Under the pieces are notes generated by a model. That model searched no databases, was not told the DNA's origin, and worked only from the letters and a program-made list of their open reading frames with translations. A DNA stretch of 64,000 nt from Candidatus Poribacteria bacterium (GTDB lineage Bacteria > Poribacteria > WGA-4E > PCPOR2b): NCBI GenBank assembly GCA_965208675.1, contig OZ242351.1, positions 1,760,001-1,824,000 on the forward strand. Direction: 5' to 3'. The position numbers and the translations under genes were made by a program. Below, piece by piece: positions 1 to 8,727 of this stretch. How positions within the stretch are numbered: the first letter of the stretch is position 1; the number at the start of each line of letters is the position of its first letter.

Positions 1-441
1 TGACTCGGCAAGAATTCAACAGCACTGTCAAAAAACGAGAAAAGATTTGAGTGGAGATTGCATGGCGCAAGGTAAATCCTCGCAACGTGCGTTATTCAAG
101 AATGGGCATGGTTGCCTATGGCGTTGCAGCGGATACACTTGGAGATGGAGGGAAGGAAACCCAAGCGCATTTATCGTCGACTTTACCGTGTCACTCCGTT
201 GCATAGAAGCAAACAGCGCACAGACAGGTGGCATAGGCGAGGATACGCTACTACAAGAAGGATATTACAGTTTCCTTGGTAGATAGCGAATGTATATCAC
301 ATGGAAAAGTCAAGGCCTAAAAAGGAGAGAGCCATAACAAATCCCCGAGACTAATGATCTTTGTGAAGTAGGGCCGTGGTAGATGCAAGCCGATAGTTCG
401 TCGTCAAACCAAACAACCTATCAAGGGCAAATTCAAAAGCA

Positions 442-2772
442 ATGAACGATCAAAGAAAGGGGTTTTCGATGAAAGCAACCGTAGTTTTACTTATTCTTTT
501 TATAATGGTTCTTTCCAACAGTTTTGCTCAAATTCATACACAAGTCAGTTTGCCGGAAGGGGCAAAAGCGCGCCTCGGTAAAGGGACGATGTCTAGTAAT
601 ATCGCATATTCTCCCGCCGGCCCGCATCTAGCGGTGGCGACCAATATTGGTATTTGGCTCTACGATACCGCGCGCCATCAAGAGGTTGCTCTACTGACCG
701 GGCATACGTCTTTGGTTTCTGCTTTGTCGTTTAGCCCCGACGGTCAGACGCTTGCAAGTGGGAGCGAGGACGGTACGGTTCGTCTGTGGATCGTTGCGAC
801 AGGCACAGTCAAAGCAACGCTGGCTGGGCACACGGATTCGGTCTATAATGTATCGTTTAATCCCGACGGTCAGACGCTTGCAAGTGCGAGTGAAGACGAA
901 ACGGTTCGTCTATGGGACGTTGCGACAGGCACAGTCAAATCAACGTTCACCGGTACGCATTTGGTCTCTAGTGTACCGTTTAGCCCTGACGGTCAGACGC
1001 TTGCAAGTGCGAGTGGGACGGACATCCACCTGTGGGACGTTGCGGCAGGCATGGTCAAAGCCACGCTGACCGGGCATACGGAGGTGGTTTTTGTTGTAGC
1101 ATTTAGTCCCGATGGTCAGACGCTTGCAAGTGCGAGTGAGGACGAAACGGTTCGTCTATGGGACGTTACGGCGGGCGCGGTCAGATCGACGCTGACCGGG
1201 CATACGGAGGCGGTTTTTGTTGTAGCATTTAGTCCCGACGGTCAGACGCTTGCAAGTGCGAGTGGGGACGAAACGGTTCGTCTATGGGACGTTACGGCGG
1301 GCGCGGTCAGATCGACGCTGACCGGTACGTCTATAGTCTCTGGTGTATCGTTTAGCCCGGACGGTCAGACGCTTGCAAGTGGAAGTTGGGACGGTACGGT
1401 ACGTCTGTGGAACGTTACGGCGGGCGTGCTCAAAGCGACACTGACTGGGCATACGTCTTGGGTCCTTAGTGTATCGTTTAGTCCCGACGGTCTGACGCTT
1501 GCAAGCGGGAGCCCAGGGGTTTTGGGGGATAATACGATTCGTCTGTGGGACGTTGCGACAGGCACGGTAAAAGCGACGCTGACCGGTACGTCTATAGTCT
1601 CTGGTGTATCGTTTAGCCCGGACGGTCTGACGCTTGCAAGCAGGGGTTGGACGGACATCCACCTGTGGGATATTGCGACGGGCGTGCTCAAAGCAACGCT
1701 GACCGGTACGTCTTTGGTCACTGGTGTATCGTTTAGCCCGGACGGTCTGACGCTTGCTAGTGGAAGTGGAGCGGACATCCACCTGTGGGACGTGGCGACG
1801 GGCACGGTCAAAACGACTATGACCGGGCATGCGGAGCTGGTTACTGGTGTAACATTTAGTCCCGACGGTCAGACAGTGGCGAGTGGAAGTATGGACGAAA
1901 CAGTTCGTCTATGGGACGTGGCGACGGGCACGGTCAAGGCGACACTGACCGGGCATTCGTTTTGGGGTGCTAGTGTGGCATTTAGCCCCGACGGTCAGAC
2001 GCTTGCGAGTGCAAGTGGGGAGGAAATCCGCCTGTGGGACGTTGCGGCGGGCGCGGTCAAAGCGGCGCTCACCGGTACGTTTGTCATCTCTAGTGTATCG
2101 TTTAGCCCGGACGGTCAGACGCTTGCAAGTGGAAGTGGCACGGACATCCACCTGTGGGACGTTGCAACAGGTGAGGTTAAAACGACGCTGACCGAGCCTA
2201 CGCTTTGGGGTTCTAGTGTGTCCTTTAGCCCCGACGGTCAGACGCTTGCGGGTGGGAGTAATGACGGTACGGTTCATCTATGGGACGTTGCGGCGGGCGT
2301 GGTGAAAGCGAGCCTGACCGGGCACACGGATTCAGTCTCTAGTGTAGCGTTTAGCCCCGACGGTCAGACGCTTGCGAGCGGGAGTGCGGACGGCACCGTG
2401 TTGCTGTGGAAACTTTACGATTCAACCGTCGTTGGGGTAGAACCGTTGGGAAATCATCTAACCACCCTGGCAAACATCAAACGGACGGCGTTGTTGCAAA
2501 ATTATCCAAATCCTTTCAACCCCGAAACCTGGATTCCGTACCGGTTAGCGAAAGCTGCGAAAGTGTCGTTGGAAATCTATGATACCAACGGCAGCTTGGT
2601 ACGCTCCATTGATGTCGGCTTCAAACCAGCCGCTGTGTACGAATCGCGTGCATCGGCGATTTACTGGGATGGCCGCAACAACTACGGTGAACGCGTTGCC
2701 AGTGGCACGTATTTCTATCACTTTTTCACAGGCACCTATTCTGCCGCGCGCAAGATGCTCATCTTGAAATAG
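442..2772 (+). CDS. Secreted WD40-repeat protein (~14-15 repeats) with C-terminal FlgD-Ig/T9SS-like domain
   Basis: Signal peptide (likely start MKATVV ~469); repeated GHT..V..V.FSPDGQTLAS.S.D.T.RLWD units; C-terminal LLQNYPNPFNPETWIPY...YWDGRN..GE.VASG.YFY domain. Confidence 0.93.
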   Translation: MNDQRKGFSMKATVVLLILFIMVLSNSFAQIHTQVSLPEGAKARLGKGTMSSNIAYSPAGPHLAVATNIGIWLYDTARHQEVALLTGHTSLVSALSFSPDGQTLASGSEDGTVRLWIVATGTVKATLAGHTDSVYNVSFNPDGQTLASASEDETVRLWDVATGTVKSTFTGTHLVSSVPFSPDGQTLASASGTDIHLWDVAAGMVKATLTGHTEVVFVVAFSPDGQTLASASEDETVRLWDVTAGAVRSTLTGHTEAVFVVAFSPDGQTLASASGDETVRLWDVTAGAVRSTLTGTSIVSGVSFSPDGQTLASGSWDGTVRLWNVTAGVLKATLTGHTSWVLSVSFSPDGLTLASGSPGVLGDNTIRLWDVATGTVKATLTGTSIVSGVSFSPDGLTLASRGWTDIHLWDIATGVLKATLTGTSLVTGVSFSPDGLTLASGSGADIHLWDVATGTVKTTMTGHAELVTGVTFSPDGQTVASGSMDETVRLWDVATGTVKATLTGHSFWGASVAFSPDGQTLASASGEEIRLWDVAAGAVKAALTGTFVISSVSFSPDGQTLASGSGTDIHLWDVATGEVKTTLTEPTLWGSSVSFSPDGQTLAGGSNDGTVHLWDVAAGVVKASLTGHTDSVSSVAFSPDGQTLASGSADGTVLLWKLYDSTVVGVEPLGNHLTTLANIKRTALLQNYPNPFNPETWIPYRLAKAAKVSLEIYDTNGSLVRSIDVGFKPAAVYESRASAIYWDGRNNYGERVASGTYFYHFFTGTYSAARKMLILK

Positions 2773-2817
2773 AATCTAATGGACATACGTAGGTTGCAAT
2801 GCTGATGAATAGCTTTT

Positions 2818-2920
2818 GTAGGTTGGGTTAAGCGGGTTCCCCCAAATACATTGGTATTGAATATTTACCGTCCAATCACCGATTAAACTCAATAACAACA
2901 TGCGCGTAGCGAACCCAACG
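2818..2920 (+). repeat. GTAG-type REP-like arm with ~70-nt expanded loop
   Basis: GTAGGTTGGGTTAAGCGG (2818) ... GTAGCGAACCCAACG (2906); same motif pair at 27194, 49155, 49495 and 49998. Confidence 0.85.
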
Positions 2921-3093
2921 CTTTTAAATCTCTGCACACCCCACGGCAAGTCACGCCAACACAAACGCCATAACCGCTCGTGAAACAGCGTTTTGCTCGT
3001 CCTAAATTCACCTAAATGGTCAGTCCAGTTTTTTGGGGGTGATTTCCCTAAATCATAGCCCATCACTCAATCATACAAATCACAGGTCAGACA
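2921..3093 (+). repeat. Dispersed ~170-bp repeat module ending AATCATAGCCC...AATCACAG(G/T)TCAGAC
   Basis: Aligns by eye with ~7750-7917; its 3' part recurs at 10919-10960 and 11119-11160. Confidence 0.75.
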
Positions 3094-3229
3094 TTTCCTG
3101 CAGGTTGAAATCAACTGACCAAATAAGATGCATCTGCGCGAATAACGGAGAGCATATTAACATCGGCGCGATAACTTTGGCTGTTTTTCCTCACGGTGAG
3201 CAATATTTTTCGGCTCCTTCGATCTTCAT

Positions 3230-3262
3230 TCCCCTCCTTACCAAGGAGGGGTTAGGGGAGGT
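3230..3262. repeat. C/G-rich palindromic repeat (CCCCTCCTT..AAGGAGGGG)
   Basis: Inverted repeat; related copies at ~10724-10757, ~46060-46078 and ~61930-61962. Confidence 0.6.
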
Positions 3263-3423
3263 CAAAATCTGCATTTCTCCGCCAACCCAACCCACACGTG
3301 CTTTACCTAACACTTGACTTTCATACGCCAATTCAGGCATATTAGCAACGATTTCAGGGTTTTCAAACCTGACCAAATTGCCACAGTTTTCCACCTAAAT
3401 TCTCATGCATTGCCGTCTAAAAG

Positions 3424-4017
3424 ATGGAGGTAAGTTCAAAAGTGATGAACCACACGGTTGACGCAAAATTCGCGCTATGCGCGCTCGTCTTTCCATGTGT
3501 AGGTCTCTTTCTAATGCTATCCGCAATAACGGGTTGCGGGCACACGCACCCGATAGCCGAACACGAGCATCCTCACGAGCACGACCATCACCACACCCAT
3601 CAGCACGACCACACACATGAGCCTTTAGCAGATGCGTTACATGGCGAATTGACGGGAACATATCGGCTTGAAAGCGTCGTACGGGAGTGGGCGACTCGTA
3701 AAGTACGAGGCGAACTAAAGATTACACCGGACTATAAATTCGTAAATTCCGCCGAAGCAGAATATAATCCGTCCGGTGACCCCGATTGGTGGGATTGGGG
3801 ACCTCTGTTACCGTGGGCACCCGGTACTTTCTACTATCGTATTGAACCCGACAGATCTGCATTTGTTTTGTATCGTACCGCAGGACATCGCTTTTATAAC
3901 CAAGCCGCCTATGCGTTGGAATACAAATGGGACGGTAAGGTTTTGACGCTTACACATTTTGACCTAATAGGAGATTACTCATCCGACAAGGTCACAATGA
4001 AGTGGCGCAAGTTATAG
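3424..4017 (+). CDS. Putative lipoprotein with His-rich N-terminal segment
   Basis: Hydrophobic stretch plus lipobox-like ITGC, then HTHPIAEHEHPHEHDHHHTHQHDHTHE, then a lipocalin-like beta domain (LTGTYRL...WDGKVLTLT). Confidence 0.7.
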   Translation: MEVSSKVMNHTVDAKFALCALVFPCVGLFLMLSAITGCGHTHPIAEHEHPHEHDHHHTHQHDHTHEPLADALHGELTGTYRLESVVREWATRKVRGELKITPDYKFVNSAEAEYNPSGDPDWWDWGPLLPWAPGTFYYRIEPDRSAFVLYRTAGHRFYNQAAYALEYKWDGKVLTLTHFDLIGDYSSDKVTMKWRKL

Positions 4018-4030
4018 TTCTTGTAGGTTG

Positions 4031-4124
4031 GAATCAACTGAGTGAATAACCAGAGATCAAGCGACCGAATAGGGAGCGCGATAGTTTTCCCTAGGATCAA
4101 CCGAGTAAATAACGATGGCGATAG
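4031..4124 (+). repeat. GATCAAC.GAG.GAATA.CG...GCGATAG repeat module
   Basis: Tandem degenerate copies here; related copies at ~3110-3172, 7660-7713, 10775-10850, 11011-11043 and 12999-13052. Confidence 0.65.
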
Positions 4125-4215
4125 ATTTCAAGCAAAGGAGATAGACTTGGTTCCTGAAGGTAGTGCCTAGCAACGACACCTATAATTACCCCCGGGAATC
4201 TAGAATTCAACTCCG

Positions 4216-4240
4216 GTAGGAGCAATCTCCGAATCTCGAC
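4216..4240 (+). repeat. Second GTAG REP family (GTAGGAGC.AT.TCCGAATC.CGAC)
   Basis: Reverse-orientation copies GTCGCGATTCGGAAATCGCTCCTAC at 10962-10986 and 11162-11186. Confidence 0.75.
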
Positions 4241-4353
4241 ATATATTTGACCGATAACTTAACCCCACCCAAAAACGCTCCCTCTCTTCACTCAAAACTC
4301 TCCACTGCTTTACCCATGAGATTTTTTCACCTACACAGCTTTTAAATCTACGG

Positions 4354-4382
4354 TTGACATAAAACCAATTATCCCATATTAT
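4354..4382 (+). promoter_or_regulatory. Sigma70-type promoter
   Basis: TTGACA-N17-TATTAT upstream of the 4523 gene; same architecture at 11252. Confidence 0.75.
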
Positions 4383-4522
4383 ATTAAGTGAATATACGTA
4401 TAGATTTCCGATTGTAGGTTGCGCTGTGAAAAGCTAAATCTGCCTATAATAGCTGCGGCCGGTTTTTCTGACCACTGGCGGCTATCCACTGGCTACTGCT
4501 TCTAAACATAGGAGAAATTTCA

Positions 4523-5161
4523 ATGAACACGAAACAAAAACTCGCATACATCGTCTTGGGCGGCGTACTCGTCGCCACCGGCATGGTTATTTCGCCTCTC
4601 AACGCGCAGAAAGATAAATTCGGGGACATTGAGTGTTCCAGTCTGACAATCGTTGACGGCGGTCAAGTCGCTGTCACCGGAAAGGACGGGAAAAAGAAAG
4701 CGTTTCTCGCCATCGGCGATCATGGCGGAGGTGTCTGGGTCACTGGCAGAGATGGGAAAGTGAAGGCGGCCTTAGGTGTCACGGAACAAAGTGGGGTTGT
4801 TGATGTGCGTGGATATGAGAACTCGCGGACAGCACTCTATGTCAATCTCTTTGGTGGATGTGTCGATGTCGCCGGCAACGATGGTGAAGTTAAGGCGTTT
4901 CTAGGTGCCACGGGAACAGGCGGGATTGTCAATGTGCAGGGCTCTGAGAAATCGGGCGCGACGCTCAGTGCCCTGTATGGACCGGGCGGCCATGTCGCTG
5001 TTATAGGCAAAGACGGTAAATCGTACGCGTCGCTGTCTGTCGATGAAAACGGAGGGCATGTCGAAGTAATTGGACATGGGAAAGGCGCCGCGGAAATTGG
5101 CATCAATGAAAACGGCAACGGCACGGTGTCGACTTGGGACAATTACGGTAATCAGCAATAG
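4523..5161 (+). CDS. Secreted/membrane-anchored Gly-rich beta-repeat protein of unknown function
   Basis: RBS AGGAG; N-terminal TM then AQKDKFGDIECSSLTIVD; repeated GG.V.V.G.DGK.KA.L units; paralog of 11381-11983. Confidence 0.8.
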   Translation: MNTKQKLAYIVLGGVLVATGMVISPLNAQKDKFGDIECSSLTIVDGGQVAVTGKDGKKKAFLAIGDHGGGVWVTGRDGKVKAALGVTEQSGVVDVRGYENSRTALYVNLFGGCVDVAGNDGEVKAFLGATGTGGIVNVQGSEKSGATLSALYGPGGHVAVIGKDGKSYASLSVDENGGHVEVIGHGKGAAEIGINENGNGTVSTWDNYGNQQ

Positions 5162-5315
5162 AAATAGCGGCCGTGCGCAAATCGGAGTGAACGGAATTCG
5201 AGCGAAATCCAACAATAGTCAAAGCACACGTCGCTTGGATTACGCCGCGTTGGTCGCGTTGACCGGTGTTGTAAAAACATGCACTCCCAAATTCTGACAG
5301 CACATTTTTGGACTT

Positions 5316-5487
5316 TGGCGTAACCCAACTTTATCTGTAAATGGCGAATTGTTTAGTTCGCCGGCCGCCTTTGGGAGATACCAAAAACGTTGGGTTACGT
5401 TCCATCCATTAAAACTCGGACGTGGCAAACCTCGGAGCGTTTCGTTAACATTTACACCATTCGTGCAATCCGCTTAACCGAACCTAC
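5316..5487. repeat. REP-like composite element (left arm degenerate)
   Basis: GCGTAACCCAAC - 57 nt - CGTTGGGTTACG - ~66 nt - CCGCTTAACCGAACCTAC. Confidence 0.8.
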
Positions 5488-5554
5488 AAAAGCGGCAGCG
5501 GTATGTTTCTGACACAGCTGTGAATCCGATAAAACAGAAAGGAACAATAAGTCC

Positions 5555-5934
5555 ATGTTCACAAAGGCATCCGCAGACATTACATTTTCGGATATTGAGG
5601 ATTTTTGCCGTGAGTACGGCGAGGGCGTTAGAGTCGAATACAAGCGAGAAATCAACAAAGATATCCCCAAAATCGTCTCCTCCTTCGCAAACACATTAGG
5701 CGGGATTTTTATTATCGGCGCAGAAACCGATGCGATGAATAAAGTCGTCCTTCCCATTAAGGGTATACCTAAGAGAACCGGGATTGAGGAGCAAATCCAG
5801 CAGAGTGCACTCACCGGCATTTATCCCGCGGTCGTCCCAGAAATATTAATTTGTGCTGTTCCGAACACTGGAGCAGTTGTTGTCATTATTCGTGTTGACG
5901 AGAGCGTACAAGCCCCACACGCAATTCAGAATTC
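5555..5934 (+). pseudogene. AlbA_2 (Schlafen-like) domain protein truncated by IS3
   Basis: EG.RVEYKRE...SSFANTLGGIFIIG motif; the frame runs into the IS left end at 5935 and stops inside it. Confidence 0.85.
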
Positions 5935-6054
5935 TGTAATTACCCCCAAAACCTAGACAGTTGCATAAGAGATCTTTTCGACTAGAAAAATGGTCATCAT
6001 CTGAGCGAAAATAGGACTCGGAAACGCCAAGAAAAAGAAAGGAGTTTCTCCACG

Positions 6055-6342
6055 ATGTCCCGTAGAATACAGCGTGATGGCCGATTCAAAGCGCAAGTGG
6101 CTCTTGAAGCTATCAAGAATCAGCAGACTATCAGTCAGATTGCCAGTGAATACGGTGTCAATCCGGCTCAAGTCAGCCAATGGAAAAAACAGGTGCTTGA
6201 GGAATTACCTCAACTCTTTGCGAAGGGACGTTCAAAAACGGCGTCCGACCACGACAAGCTAGTGTCTGAACTGTATCGCCAGATTGGTCAGTTGAAGGTA
6301 GAACTGGACTGGCTTCAAAAAAAAACGTCGCGCTTCCGTTGA
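6055..6342 (+). CDS. IS3 transposase OrfA (HTH)
   Basis: FKAQVALEA...QIASEYGV.P.QVSQWKK...LYRQIGQLKVELDWL; A9 run at 6317-6325. Confidence 0.92.
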   Translation: MSRRIQRDGRFKAQVALEAIKNQQTISQIASEYGVNPAQVSQWKKQVLEELPQLFAKGRSKTASDHDKLVSELYRQIGQLKVELDWLQKKTSRFR

Positions 6343-6379
6343 ACAGAAGCGGCAGCTTGTTGAACCGGAGTGCCGTTCA

Positions 6380-7153
6380 GTGTCGATTGCAAGACAGTGT
6401 GAGCTCTTAGGCTTGTCTCGAGCATCGTTCTATTACACTCCTGTAGGGGAGTCACCACAAAATCTGCTGTACATGCGTCTGTTAGATGAACAGTACACCA
6501 AGAGGCCGTGGTGTGGGGTGCCTAAGTTAACGAAATGGCTTCGTCGTCAAGGATATGTTGTCAATCCGAAACGGGTAGCACGGTTAATGCGGAAGATGGG
6601 ATTAGTTGCCATCTATCCCAAGATCTCCAGAATGGGCAAACCGTCGAAAGTGTACCCCTATCTGTTGAAAGGATTAAGCATCACCAGACCGAACCACGTC
6701 TGGGCAACTGACATCACCTATATTCGTTTAAGCCATGGCTTCGTTTATCTGGTAGCCATTATGGATTGGTTTTCCCGTTATGTGTTGTCATGGGAACTGT
6801 CAAACTCCCTCGACGTGTTCTTTTGCCTATCGGCTCTGGAACGGGCGCTTGGTAAAGCGAGTCCATTAATATTCAACAACGACCAAGGAAGTCAATTTAC
6901 TTCGGAGGCGTTTACTGCTAGACTTGAAGCCTCTGGCATAGCCATTAGTTGGAACGGTAGAGGCCGCTACTTTGACAACATCTTCGTTGAACGACTTTGG
7001 CGCAGTGTTAAGTATGAGGAGGTTTACCTCAACGACTATGATTCAATGAACACGGCTCGGCGCCGCTTGAGAGATTATTTCAACTTTTACAACCGAGAGC
7101 GACTTCATCAATCGCTCGATTACTGTACACCTTACGAGGTGTATTTTCACTAA
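6380..7153 (+). CDS. IS3 transposase OrfB (DDE/rve integrase core)
   Basis: WATDITY, DQGSQFTS, DNIFVERLWRSVKYE; frame is open upstream through the A9 run. Confidence 0.93.
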   Translation: MSIARQCELLGLSRASFYYTPVGESPQNLLYMRLLDEQYTKRPWCGVPKLTKWLRRQGYVVNPKRVARLMRKMGLVAIYPKISRMGKPSKVYPYLLKGLSITRPNHVWATDITYIRLSHGFVYLVAIMDWFSRYVLSWELSNSLDVFFCLSALERALGKASPLIFNNDQGSQFTSEAFTARLEASGIAISWNGRGRYFDNIFVERLWRSVKYEEVYLNDYDSMNTARRRLRDYFNFYNRERLHQSLDYCTPYEVYFH

Positions 7154-7240
7154 CTTCAGGCGTTTAAGTTTGACCAGAATTAGTCGGACTTTATTACTTA
7201 AATCTCGTTAGTTTCTGTCTAAAGGATGGGGGTAAGTTAA

Positions 7241-7582
7241 ATCCTGAGACAAATAACGGTGGTAAAAGAAGCTGAAGATCGCCGTATAGTACGTTTTGAG
7301 AGTGGAACTAAAATTACTCAGCTCGTTCCGGCTGTTCATGATGCTTTGGTACTTATAGAAAAAAAGATGGCTGAAATAGAATCTGAAGCGAATAGTATTG
7401 CTGACCAAAGGCACCAGAGAGGCATGGAAACCAAATTTGAGTCAAAGAAGAAGGCTCTTGGAGAAGATGTATCAGATTTGTTTGAACAACTTGAACTTCT
7501 CTGTGAGGTTATTTGTCCTGCTGGAGAATTGTTAAAGCGGCATAAAAATCAATTAGAACATAGATTTTCTTCCTATATGTGA
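7241..7582 (+). pseudogene. Helical ORF, probably the 3' remnant of a gene cut by the IS
   Basis: Frame open from the first base after the IS right end (ILRQITVVKEAED...); no convincing RBS for the GTG at 7259. Confidence 0.5.
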
Positions 7583-8155
7583 TATGACTTACGACATGGT
7601 GCGGCGGTCCTTGTTCTGACCAAACACCCTAAATCAAGACTCTTAGGCCGCGTTGAGCGGGACCAATTGAGCGAATAGCGAAGAATCAAGCGAACGACTA
7701 GTGCATGCGATAGTTTTCACCAGTCTATTCTTGCCTTCTCCGTAAACCAACGCTTTCAAATCTCTGGACAACCCCAAGGCAAATCACGCCAAAACGGCGC
7801 GTGAAAGCGCGTTTGCCCGCCCAACTTCCACCTTACTTAACGCACTGTCACGTCTTTCGGCGTCGTTTCACTTAATCATAGCCCATCATTTAATAATACA
7901 AATCACAGTTCAGACAGTCCTCTCCAAAACGCAACAATATAGCCGCCACGGCAACAATATGTTCGTTGCATTTTGTTTTTCGAAATTCCCACCGAGAGCC
8001 AAAGAATACCCTGGCTAAGAACCCAAATCGACACTGTCCCGATATTATCCCGTCATATCCCGCTGCAACGCCACAAACCCTTGCCCCGTCCGCATCCAAG
8101 CGATCTATTTTTCAACCCTATCCGCCCAACAATCTCGGTAACCTCCCACTCCGCC

Positions 8156-8184
8156 TTGACAACCGCTAAATCTCTCGGTATACT
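8156..8184 (+). promoter_or_regulatory. Sigma70-type promoter giving a near-leaderless transcript of the terminase pair
   Basis: TTGACA-N17-TATACT; ATG 8194 begins 9 nt after the -10 box with no SD. Confidence 0.7.
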
Positions 8185-8193
8185 AATATCATC

Positions 8194-8727
8194 ATGGTAC
8201 ATTTAGATATTCGATTCAGCGAATCGGATATCGACTTCACCATTGAGCGATTTGCTTACTATGGCGAAGGAAAAGCTAATGCGAAGCGCGTCATCAGTGA
8301 TGTATGTCAGTATTTTGGGATCGAAGACAATGCCAGCAATCATAAATTATTATCTAATAAAGTTCGTACCTTCAATCCCAACCGAAAAGACTGCGCAGCG
8401 CATTATCGGAGTCGTTACCTTATGAAACGCAATCACATTCTTACCCACAGATACGAACCCGACAGAATTTTTTCGCAGCAATTACATGCACTCTTATTTG
8501 TTGCTTTCAAGGTTCTGTCTGAAGAGATGACGCCTCCCCTCGCGCTCAAACTCATTGAAGCCCAATTCCGATTCGCGATCGACAATAAAAATATAAACTT
8601 TCAGGAAAGAATTGAACGGCAATGCCTAGCCGCCGACACGGGAGATAGCGCATTTCTAAATGGAAAGACGGAGCCGGATTCGCGGAAACCGCAGTCGGTT
8701 TCTGAAAATCCATCGCGCATACCATAG
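8194..8727 (+). CDS. Putative terminase small subunit (DUF2280-like)
   Basis: Directly upstream of and overlapping TerL; FTIERFAYY..VISDVCQYFGIE..VRTFNPNR resembles, from memory, the DUF2280 pattern FIVQ.LACF..V.EEFGIE..V..YDPTK. Confidence 0.55.
   Translation: MVHLDIRFSESDIDFTIERFAYYGEGKANAKRVISDVCQYFGIEDNASNHKLLSNKVRTFNPNRKDCAAHYRSRYLMKRNHILTHRYEPDRIFSQQLHALLFVAFKVLSEEMTPPLALKLIEAQFRFAIDNKNINFQERIERQCLAADTGDSAFLNGKTEPDSRKPQSVSENPSRIP

Larger units (their letters stand above)
5935..7240 (+). mobile_element. IS3-family insertion sequence (~1306 bp)
   Basis: Imperfect 25-bp terminal IRs TGTAATTACCCCCAAAACCTAGACA / TGTCTAAAGGATGGGGGTAAGTTAA enclosing orfA and orfB. Confidence 0.9.

Noticed and set aside
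1-340. Possible decayed group II intron RT N-terminus (IAWRKVN.RNVR; RCIEAN..QTGGIGEDTL in different frames)
   Set aside because: Similarity is only impressionistic, spread over several frames with stops, and no RT core motif is visible
752-2277. Many alternative-frame and antisense ORFs over the WD40 genes (also 23610-25645)
   Set aside because: Shadow ORFs produced by the repetitive, stop-poor repeat DNA
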